Assembly: GCA_020853705.1 (NCBI GenBank)
Contig: JADYYK010000079.1
Location: 18,572-82,571 of the forward strand
Source of the DNA: Deltaproteobacteria bacterium
GTDB taxonomy: Bacteria; Myxococcota_A; Polyangia; Haliangiales; JADYYK01
DNA: 64,000 nucleotides
Reading direction: 5' to 3'
Made by a program: the position numbers and the translations under genes. Under the pieces are notes generated by a model, which worked only from the letters and a program-made list of their open reading frames with translations, made no database searches and was not told the DNA's origin. Shown here in pieces: positions 1 through 6,972 of the stretch; within the stretch, counting starts at the first letter, position 1; every line of letters begins with the position of its first letter.

Positions 1-1
1 C

Positions 2-883
2 GTGACCGGCCCCGCCAGCGGTCGCCTGACCGGGATCGATCACACCTCCAAGGTCGCCAGCGCGCAGGTCAAGAGCGCCATCCTGCTGGCGGGGCTCGGC
101 GCCGAGGGGCCGACCCGGGTGCGCGAGCCCGGGCCGTCGCGCGATCACACCGAGCGCATGCTGGCCTACCTGGGCGCGCCCATCCGGGTCGAGGGTGGCC
201 TCAGCGAGCTCGATCCGACCGGCTGGGATCGGCGCCTGGAGCCGCGCCCGCTCGAGGTCCCGGGCGACATCTCGGCGGCGGCCTTCCCGCTGGTGGCGGC
301 GCTGGTGGTGGAGGGCTCGGAGCTGACCGTGCGCGAGGTCGGCGTCAACCCGACGCGCACCGGGCTGCTCGATGCGCTGGCGGCGATGGGCGCCGACGTG
401 GTGTGCGGCGCCGAGCGCGTGGCCTGCGGCGAGCCGGTCGCCGACCTGCGCGCCCGCGCCGGCCGGCTGCGCGCGGTGACCCTGGGCGGCGAGCTGGTGG
501 TGCGCGCCATCGACGAGCTGCCCATCCTGGCGGTGGCGGCGGCGTTCGCCGATGGCGTCACCACCATCCGCGACGCCGAGGAGCTGCGCGTCAAGGAGAG
601 CGACCGCATCGCCACCACCACGCGCGAGCTGCGCCGCTTCGGCGTCGAGATCGAGGAGCGCGAGGGCGGCATGGTCATCCACGGCGGCAGCGCGCGCGTG
701 CGCGGCCCGCTGCGCTGCGAGAGCGAGGGTGATCACCGCATCGCCATGGCGTGCGCGGTGGCCGCGCTGGCCGCGGCCGGCGAGCACAGCGTCGACATCG
801 CCGACGCTGGCAACATCGCGACCAGCTTCCCGCAGTTCGTCGCGGTCATGCGCGCGCTGGGGGCCGAGGTCGACTGGCGATGA
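2..883 (+). CDS. aroA: 3-phosphoshikimate 1-carboxyvinyltransferase (EPSP synthase), C-terminal ~293 aa; 5' end outside window
   Basis: Frame open from window edge to TGA 881-883. EPSP-synthase-like motifs VKSAILLAGL, LRVKESDRI, EGDHRIAMA, SFPQF. GC3-rich codons. Confidence 0.9.
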   Translation: MTGPASGRLTGIDHTSKVASAQVKSAILLAGLGAEGPTRVREPGPSRDHTERMLAYLGAPIRVEGGLSELDPTGWDRRLEPRPLEVPGDISAAAFPLVAALVVEGSELTVREVGVNPTRTGLLDALAAMGADVVCGAERVACGEPVADLRARAGRLRAVTLGGELVVRAIDELPILAVAAAFADGVTTIRDAEELRVKESDRIATTTRELRRFGVEIEEREGGMVIHGGSARVRGPLRCESEGDHRIAMACAVAALAAAGEHSVDIADAGNIATSFPQFVAVMRALGAEVDWR

Positions 884-1413
884 CGGAGGCGGGGGCCGGG
901 ACCGGCGCGAGCGCGGGCACGAGCACGGGGGCGGGGGCGGGGGCCGAGGCCGAGGCCGAGGCCGAGGCCGAGGCCGGTCCCGGGGTTGCGACGCCGCGCT
1001 GGCGCTGGCGCCGCGACGGCTGGCTGGCGGAGTACGGGTATGCGCTGTTCGTGCTCGGCGGGGCGCTGCTGGCCTATGGCATGATGGCGCTGTTGCCGCC
1101 GCGGCTGGCGGTGTGGCCGCGCGGGGGCGGGGCGCTGCGCATCCAGTGGCAGATCGTGTGTCCCGCGCTGGCGGCCTGCTTCGGCGTGCCCGCGCTGCTG
1201 GGGCGGGTGCTGACGCGGCCGCGCTGGTGGTTCGCGCTGGGGCTCGAGCTGGGCGCCGCGCTGGCGCTGTCGGGCCTGCTGCGGGTGCGTCCGCGCGGGC
1301 TGGGCGGCGGCGCCACCCTGGGCATGATCGGCTTCGTGTGCTGCGCGCTGGCGGGCCTGCTGGCCTGGGCGCTGGCCGACGAGGTGCTGGAGATCGCGCG
1401 ACCCCCGGGGTGA
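880..1413 (+). CDS. hypothetical integral membrane protein with N-terminal (Ala-Glu)5 repeat
   Basis: ATG 880 overlaps the aroA stop (ATGA); the longer 751 start lies inside aroA. About 4 hydrophobic helices (YALFVLGGALLAYGMMALL, IVCPALAACFGVPALLG, WWFALGLELGAALALSGLL, MIGFVCCALAGLLAWALA). Confidence 0.55.
   Translation: MTEAGAGTGASAGTSTGAGAGAEAEAEAEAEAGPGVATPRWRWRRDGWLAEYGYALFVLGGALLAYGMMALLPPRLAVWPRGGGALRIQWQIVCPALAACFGVPALLGRVLTRPRWWFALGLELGAALALSGLLRVRPRGLGGGATLGMIGFVCCALAGLLAWALADEVLEIARPPG
943..972 (+). repeat. (GCCGAG)5 in-frame hexanucleotide repeat encoding (AE)5
   Basis: Five perfect tandem GCCGAG units read directly from the sequence. Confidence 0.9.
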
Positions 1414-1422
1414 GCCCGCGCG

Positions 1423-2709
1423 CTACTGGGCGCGCGGCAGGCAGCTCCCGTGCTGGTCGCGTGTGCTGCCGGTGAAGCGCGGGCGGCCCTGGCAGGTCGC
1501 GCCGCGGCCGTCGGCGCAGCGCATGATCATGCGCTGCGACGGGTAGTCGACGTCGAGCACCACGTCGCGCAGCGCCTCGGCGCCGAGGAGGCCGTCGATC
1601 TCGCGGCTGAACGGGCGCAGCTCGGTGCGCAGCTGCTGCAGCACGGCGGTCTCGTCGGCGGCGCGGGCCACCGGCAGCGCGCGCTCCAGCTCGACATAGG
1701 CGGTCGCGGTGCAGGTGCGGCCGGGCGGGCAGGTGCCGGTGGCCTCGAGCCGGCGCGCCTGGGCCAGCTCCTCGCAGGGGCCCAGGCCGCGGTCCTCGTC
1801 GCGCACCAGGGTCAGCCGCCCGATGGTGCCCAGGCCGACCTGGATGGTGCCCGAGGGCAGGTGCAGCGCGCCGTCGCTCAGCGCCAGCGGGGTGCGACCG
1901 GGCACCGCGTCAAGGCGCGCCACCGTCGAGCCCCCGAGCAGCAGCGGCCCGGTGCCGGTCGACAGCAGCAGCGCCAGATCGACGCCCGTGGTGACGACCT
2001 GTCCGTTGCCGTCGAGCGGCGGCGCCGGGTCGAACGGGTCGGGCTCCAGGCAGGCCGCCAGCACGATGCGCGAGGCCTTGAGGGACTGCTCCTGGCCCGC
2101 GATGATGACGCCGCCGCCGCCCAGCAGCTGGAACGGCAGCACGCTGTCACAGGCCAGCGCGTGCTCGCTCTCGGAGCCGACGGTGGCCGGGAACAGCTGC
2201 AGGGTGGCGCCCCCCGGCTGCGCCGGGTCGAGCGAGAAGCGCACCGCGAACGCGCTCAGCAGGTCGGCGCCCACCAGCCCCGAGACCCGGGTGCGGTCCG
2301 AGCCGCTGACGTCGTCGTAGCCGACCAGCACCCCGGCCTGGCTGAGCACCGCCAGATCGAGGAAGCGCGCCCGGGTGATGGCCGGGTCGAGCGCGCTGAC
2401 GACCTCGAGATCGAAGCGCGTGCGCGCCACCTCGGGGCAGAACTCGAACAGGGTCAGCGGCGACCCTGGGTCGATCAGCATCTTGGCCAGCGCGCTGGCG
2501 CCGGCGTCGGCCACCCCGCCGTCCGCGCCGCTGCCCGCGCAGGTCGGCAGCCCCTCGGGGGTGCGCACATACCAGGTCGGGACCTGACCGGCGCGCTCGA
2601 TCGAGATGGGGAAGCTGTCGTAGCTGGGCTTGCTGCGTTCACACGCGGATGCGCTGCTGGCGACCACGATGGCCAGCCCGACGAGCGCCTTCCCGAAGCC
2701 CGGCATCAC
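1423..2709 (-). CDS. hypothetical lipoprotein
   Basis: N-terminal lipobox (LAIVVASSASAC). 428-aa ORF with GC3-rich codons. The overlapping + strand 473-aa ORF is an Arg/Ala/Gly/Gln-rich mirror ORF. No catalytic motif recognised. Confidence 0.7.
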   Translation of the reverse strand: MMPGFGKALVGLAIVVASSASACERSKPSYDSFPISIERAGQVPTWYVRTPEGLPTCAGSGADGGVADAGASALAKMLIDPGSPLTLFEFCPEVARTRFDLEVVSALDPAITRARFLDLAVLSQAGVLVGYDDVSGSDRTRVSGLVGADLLSAFAVRFSLDPAQPGGATLQLFPATVGSESEHALACDSVLPFQLLGGGGVIIAGQEQSLKASRIVLAACLEPDPFDPAPPLDGNGQVVTTGVDLALLLSTGTGPLLLGGSTVARLDAVPGRTPLALSDGALHLPSGTIQVGLGTIGRLTLVRDEDRGLGPCEELAQARRLEATGTCPPGRTCTATAYVELERALPVARAADETAVLQQLRTELRPFSREIDGLLGAEALRDVVLDVDYPSQRMIMRCADGRGATCQGRPRFTGSTRDQHGSCLPRAQ

Positions 2710-2932
2710 ACCGATCTAACACAATGGCGACGCGGGGATCCGCCTCGTCCTGTCGGAGCCCTTACCGGTCCTACATGTCGCCGGGGGAGGCCGCCCCGCC
2801 CGGCGACTCGCGTCCCCAGCGCCGGACGGACACGAGTGGCCGACCTCATGTGGCCATGCGGGGTTCGGTGATTTCAGGCCGCTGGCAAGGGCCTTGCTAC
2901 CTGTGGGTGTGGAACGCAGCAGGAGAGTCGCC

Positions 2933-3460
2933 GTGGCCCACCCCCAGCTCGCCATCCCCGAGAGCATCGAGTCGCAGCAGATCTGCTTCCGCTGCCGCTA
3001 TGTCGGCCTGAGCTCCGTGGGTAGCCTCGGGGCCAAGGGCGCGCGCTGTCCGGTGTGCGGCTTCGTCCTCATCGTCAACTCGGCGCCGGTGGCGCTGGGA
3101 CGCACCGAGATCGACGAGCTGTTCGAGCGCCCCAGCCTGACCCCTTTGCAGTCGCCGGTGGCGTCGCGGCTGCCCGGGCTGTCGCCGACCGCGCCGCGGC
3201 CGCGCGCGCGGGTGGCCCTGCCGGGGTCGCCCGCGGTGGTCGAGGCCAAGGTCATCCGGCTCGCGCCGACGGTCGCCAGCGCCAGCGCCGAGGCCGACGC
3301 CGCCGACGACGACGGCAGCATGGACGTCGACCTCGACCTCGAGGCCGAGCCGACGCTGAAGAAGCGCGGCAAGGGCATGCGCCTCTTCCACGAGATCGCG
3401 GCCGGTGGCCTGCTGGTGGCCGGCATCCTGGCGGTGCTCGGCGTCGCCGGCGTGCTGTAG
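2933..3460 (+). CDS. hypothetical zinc-ribbon protein with C-terminal transmembrane anchor
   Basis: GTG 2933 preceded by AGGAGAG. CxxC...CxxC (CFRC...CPVC). C-terminal hydrophobic helix IAAGGLLVAGILAVLGVAGVL. Start choice is uncertain (track start is 2894). Confidence 0.55.
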   Translation: MAHPQLAIPESIESQQICFRCRYVGLSSVGSLGAKGARCPVCGFVLIVNSAPVALGRTEIDELFERPSLTPLQSPVASRLPGLSPTAPRPRARVALPGSPAVVEAKVIRLAPTVASASAEADAADDDGSMDVDLDLEAEPTLKKRGKGMRLFHEIAAGGLLVAGILAVLGVAGVL

Positions 3461-3498
3461 CTGGTTGCATCGCGGCCCGGCCCGGGCGACCGTCGGGC

Positions 3499-4080
3499 AT
3501 GGCCGAGGCAGATCGAGCGCGCTGGGACGAGCGCTATCGCGGGTTCCCCGACCCAGGTCAGCCGTCGGCGCTGGTGACCTCGTGTGCGCGCTGGCTGCCC
3601 ACGCGCGGGCGCGCGCTCGACGTCGCGGGCGGCGCGGGCCGTCACGCGCTGTGGCTGGCGACGCGCGGCCTGGCGGTGACGCTGACCGACATCTCGCCGG
3701 TCGGGCTGGAGGTCGCGCGGCGCAGCGCAGCGGCGCGCGGCCTGGCGCTGACGACGCTGGAGCTGGATCTGGAGCAGGCGCCGCCGCCGGCGGGGCCGTG
3801 GGACGTCGTGCTGGCGTTCCACTATCTGCAGCGCGAGCTGTGGCCAGCGCTGGTGGCGGCGCTGGCGCCGGGCGGCGTCCTCATGCTGGTGCAGCCCACG
3901 CTGAAGAACCTGGAGCGCCATGACCGGCCGCGTGCGTCGCACCTGCTCGGTGAAGGTGAGCTCGGCGCCTGGGCGGCCGGGCAGCCGCTCGAGGTGCTGG
4001 CGCTGGACGAGGGCTGGCTCGAGGAGGGGCGACACGAGGCACGTCTGGTCGCCCGGGTCGTGCTATCTCCATCCCCGTGA
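3499..4080 (+). CDS. class I SAM-dependent methyltransferase
   Basis: Motif I LDVAGGAGRHALWLA. ATG 3499 is in frame within the 3055..4080 ORF; the upstream part is Arg/Ala-rich and overlaps the previous gene. Confidence 0.75.
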   Translation: MAEADRARWDERYRGFPDPGQPSALVTSCARWLPTRGRALDVAGGAGRHALWLATRGLAVTLTDISPVGLEVARRSAAARGLALTTLELDLEQAPPPAGPWDVVLAFHYLQRELWPALVAALAPGGVLMLVQPTLKNLERHDRPRASHLLGEGELGAWAAGQPLEVLALDEGWLEEGRHEARLVARVVLSPSP

Positions 4081-5081
4081 CCAGCGCCAGCGAGAGAGAT
4101 CCAGGGGCGGCCGCGCAGGCGGCCCGGTTCGGTGTCGGCTTCGGCCAGCTGGCGCGCGGCGTGCTGCGCGTCAGCGGCGCGGATCGTGTGCGCTTCCTGC
4201 AGGGGCTGACCACCCACGACGTGGCCGCGCTGCAGCCCGGCCAGGGCCAGCCGTCGGCGATGCTGTCGGTCAAGGGCCGGGTGCTGGCCGAGCTCGGGCT
4301 GCTGGCCAGCGCGCAGGGTGACGCCCTGCTGCTGGCGCTGCCCGCGGACATCACCGCCAAGGTGCACGCGCTGCTCGACAAGCACGCCATCGCCGACGAT
4401 GTGGAGATCAGCGCCTTCGCCGAGGGCTGGGTCGCCTGGGTGGTGGTCGGCGCCGGCGCGGCCCGGCTGGTCGAGCAGATCCTGGGCGCGGCGCCGCCGG
4501 TCGGCGAGTGGTCGGCGCGGGCCTCCGCCAGCGGGGTGTGGGCGCTGGCCACGCGCACGCACGGGGTCGGCTTCGAGCTGTGGGCGCCGCCTGCGGCCGC
4601 CGAGGCCACGCGCGCGGCGCTGGCGGCGGGCGCGCTGGAGCTCGACGAGGCCGCGCTCGAGGTGCTGCGCGTCGAGGCCGGCCAGCCGCGCTACGGCGTC
4701 GATGTCAGCGAGGATGATCTGCCGCTGGAGGCGCGCCTGGACGGGCGGCTGTCGTTCAGCAAGGGCTGCTATGTCGGGCAGGAGGTGGTGGTGCGGGTGA
4801 CCTCGCGCGGGGGCATCAACCACAAGCTGTGCGGGCTCAAGCTGGCCGGTGACGTGGTGCCGCCGGCAGGCACGCGGCTGGCGGCCGCGGGGCGCGACGA
4901 CGCCGGTCGCATCACCAGCGCGGTGCGCTCGCGCCAGGGCGTCATCGCGCTGGGCTACGTGCACAAGACGGCGTGGGACGACGGCCACGAGCTGACCGCC
5001 CACCTGCCCGATGGCAGCACCGTGGTCGCCAGGGTGGCGCCGCTGCCGTTCATCCCGACAGCACCAGCAGGCGGGCATTGA
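4077..5081 (+). CDS. ygfZ: YgfZ/GcvT-like folate-binding protein (Fe-S cluster repair / tRNA-modification associated)
   Basis: GTGA overlap with the methyltransferase stop. Signature KGCYVGQEVV near the C-terminus and an aminomethyltransferase-like N-terminal half (RVSGADRVRFLQGLTTHDV). Confidence 0.8.
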   Translation: MTSASERDPGAAAQAARFGVGFGQLARGVLRVSGADRVRFLQGLTTHDVAALQPGQGQPSAMLSVKGRVLAELGLLASAQGDALLLALPADITAKVHALLDKHAIADDVEISAFAEGWVAWVVVGAGAARLVEQILGAAPPVGEWSARASASGVWALATRTHGVGFELWAPPAAAEATRAALAAGALELDEAALEVLRVEAGQPRYGVDVSEDDLPLEARLDGRLSFSKGCYVGQEVVVRVTSRGGINHKLCGLKLAGDVVPPAGTRLAAAGRDDAGRITSAVRSRQGVIALGYVHKTAWDDGHELTAHLPDGSTVVARVAPLPFIPTAPAGGH

Positions 5082-5103
5082 CAGGGGGACCTTCCCGTCC
5101 CCC

Positions 5104-5126
5104 CTCGCCCGGCAGAGCCGGGCGAG
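5104..5126. terminator. 9-bp GC-rich hairpin between convergent genes (candidate bidirectional terminator)
   Basis: CTCGCCCGG-cagag-CCGGGCGAG between the ygfZ stop (5081) and the aldehyde dehydrogenase stop (5160). No clear U-tract. Confidence 0.4.
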
Positions 5127-5159
5127 CCTCCCCCCTGCCGCGCGCTGCCCGCGCGAACA

Positions 5160-6575
5160 TCAACCCGACAGCACCAGCAGGCGCTCCTCGGTGAACTCGG
5201 CGATGGCGTAGCGCACGCCCTCGCGGCCCCAGCCGGAGGCCTTGCTGCCGCCGTAGGGCATGGAGTCGACACGGAACAGGGGCCAGTCGTCGTGGATCAC
5301 GGCGCCGACCTCGAGGCTCTCGTGGGCGCGCATCAGGGTGCGCACGTCGCGGGTGAAGAAGCTGGCCTGCAGGCCGTAGGCGGAGGCGTTGATGCGGGCC
5401 AGCGCGGCGCCGAGGTCGTCATAGACGTCCAGGGTGGCGACCGGGCCGAAGACCTCCTCGCGGGCCAGGCGGGCGCTGGCGGGGACGCCCTCCAGCCAGG
5501 TCGGGCTGATGACGTCGCCGCTGCGCGCGTTGCCGGTCAGCACGCGGGCGCCGCCGGAGGTGGCCTCGGCGATCCAGTCGGCGACCCGGCTGGCGTCGCG
5601 GCTGCGGATCAGCGGGCCGACCAGGGTGCCCGGGCTGCGCGGATCGCCGACCGGGACGCTGGCGGCGGCGGCGATCAGGCGCTGGCGCAGCTCGTCGGCG
5701 ATGGCGCGGTGGCACAGCACGTGCTGCACCGAGATGCAGATCTGGCCGGCGTAGGCGAAGGCGCCGGTGGTGATCTTGCGCGTGGCCAGCTCGAGGTCGG
5801 CGTCGGCCTCGACCACCACGAAGGCGTCACCGCCGAGCTCGAGCAGCGCCTGCTTGCGGGCGCAGCGCGCGCGCAGGGCCCAGCCCACCGCGGCGCTGCC
5901 GGTGAACGACAGCACGCGCAGGCGGGCGTCGTCGATCAGCGGCGCCGCCGTGGCCACGCTGCACGGCACCAGGTTGAGCAGGCCGGCGGGCAGCCCGGCG
6001 GCGAGCGCGATCTCGCACAGCAGCGCGGCGGTGCCGGGGGCCTCGGGCGCCGGCTTCCAGACCACCGGGGCGCCGCACGCCAGCGCGGGCGCCAGCTTGT
6101 GCGCCGCCAGGTTGAGCGGGAAGTTGAAGGGCGTGATGGCGGCGACCGGGCCGCGCGGGAAGCGGCGCAGCACGCCGAGCTTGCCGGCCCCGATGGCGGC
6201 GCTGTCGAGCGGCACCACCTCGCCGCCGATGCGCGTGGCCTCCTCGGCGGCCAGCGCGAAGGTGGTGCGGGCGCGGGCGACCTCGCCGCGCGCCAGATCG
6301 ACCGGCTTGCCGACCTCGGCCACGATGGCGCCGGTCAGCTCGGCCTCGCGGGCGCCGATGCCGGCGGCGATGGCGCCGAGCCAGCGCGCGCGCTCGTGCG
6401 CGGGGGCGCGGCCGGCGGGCAGCGCGGCCACCGCGGCGGCGATGGCGGCCTCGACCTCGGCGGGACCAGCCTCGCGCACCTCGGTGACCAGGGGGCCGCC
6501 GCCGGGGGAGTGCACCGGCGCGGCGGCGATGCCGTCGTGCCATTGCCCTGCGATGAAGGGACGTGACTGCATCAT
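5160..6575 (-). CDS. NAD(P)-dependent aldehyde dehydrogenase family protein
   Basis: ALDH motifs (FTGSAAVG, LELGGDA, catalytic-Cys region AGQICISV). Start set at MMQSRPFIAGQW (ATG at 6575); the 119-codon upstream extension of the 5160..6932 ORF runs across the divergent small gene and was dropped. Confidence 0.85.
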   Translation of the reverse strand: MMQSRPFIAGQWHDGIAAAPVHSPGGGPLVTEVREAGPAEVEAAIAAAVAALPAGRAPAHERARWLGAIAAGIGAREAELTGAIVAEVGKPVDLARGEVARARTTFALAAEEATRIGGEVVPLDSAAIGAGKLGVLRRFPRGPVAAITPFNFPLNLAAHKLAPALACGAPVVWKPAPEAPGTAALLCEIALAAGLPAGLLNLVPCSVATAAPLIDDARLRVLSFTGSAAVGWALRARCARKQALLELGGDAFVVVEADADLELATRKITTGAFAYAGQICISVQHVLCHRAIADELRQRLIAAAASVPVGDPRSPGTLVGPLIRSRDASRVADWIAEATSGGARVLTGNARSGDVISPTWLEGVPASARLAREEVFGPVATLDVYDDLGAALARINASAYGLQASFFTRDVRTLMRAHESLEVGAVIHDDWPLFRVDSMPYGGSKASGWGREGVRYAIAEFTEERLLVLSG

Positions 6576-6690
6576 GACCTCGCTCGCTCCTTGACTATCG
6601 CTGCCCGGCCATGAAACATCCGGCCTTCGCCAGGTTGCAACACGAGAATTCGAAGAAACCGCGCATCCGCGGACCGAGGAGAGACACGAC

Positions 6691-6873
6691 ATGGGTCGAG
6701 GCGACAGCAGGAACAGCCCCAAGATGACGCGCAAGAAGGCGCAGCGGAAGCTCAAGGCCCGCCTGGCGCGCAAGCGCACCGCTGGCAAGGCCGCTCCGGC
6801 CAAGAAGGCGGCGGCCAAGGAAGTGGCCCCCAAGAAGCGCCGCGAGAAGGCCGAGAAGCCGGCGGCTTCGTAA
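6691..6873 (+). CDS. small (60 aa) Lys/Arg/Ala-rich basic protein
   Basis: GAGGAGAG SD 8 nt upstream of the ATG. G/C-ending codons typical of real genes here. TAA stop followed by two hairpins. The MGRGD N-terminus is reminiscent of bTHX and the AKKAAAK tail is histone-H1/HU-tail-like; function not established. Confidence 0.6.
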   Translation: MGRGDSRNSPKMTRKKAQRKLKARLARKRTAGKAAPAKKAAAKEVAPKKRREKAEKPAAS

Positions 6874-6875
6874 GA

Positions 6876-6923
6876 ACCGGAACGGAGACGGAACAGGTCT
6901 CCTCGAAGCTGCGCTTCGAGGGG
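6876..6923 (+). repeat. REP-like intergenic element, copy A (box CGGAACGGAGACGGA plus 9-bp hairpin CCTCGAAGC-tgc-GCTTCGAGG)
   Basis: Shares a 15-nt box and a 24-nt palindromic block (1 mismatch) with the inverted copy at 22614-22668. Confidence 0.65.
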
Positions 6924-6929
6924 CCTGGA

Positions 6930-6972
6930 CAATTTCGGTTTCGTGTTCTTTCAGAACACGAAGCCGAAATTG
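6930..6972. terminator. 20-bp inverted repeat spanning the Omp85 gene stop codon (candidate bidirectional terminator)
   Basis: CAATTTCGGTTTCGTGTTCT-ttc-AGAACACGAAGCCGAAATTG, 19/20 complementary (G-U on + RNA, C-A on - RNA). The right arm is the last codons (FNFGFVF) of the minus-strand gene. Confidence 0.5.

Noticed and set aside
1423-2709. Retropepsin-like aspartyl protease assignment for the lipoprotein (LLGADLL / GLLGAEAL motifs)
   Set aside because: No D-T/S-G catalytic motif could be found by eye, so only the call 'hypothetical lipoprotein' is supported.
6576-6932. N-terminal 119-codon extension of the aldehyde dehydrogenase ORF (5160..6932)
   Set aside because: ALDH homology begins at MMQSRPFIAGQW. 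The extension runs antisense through a small gene with a strong SD and through the intergenic hairpin region.
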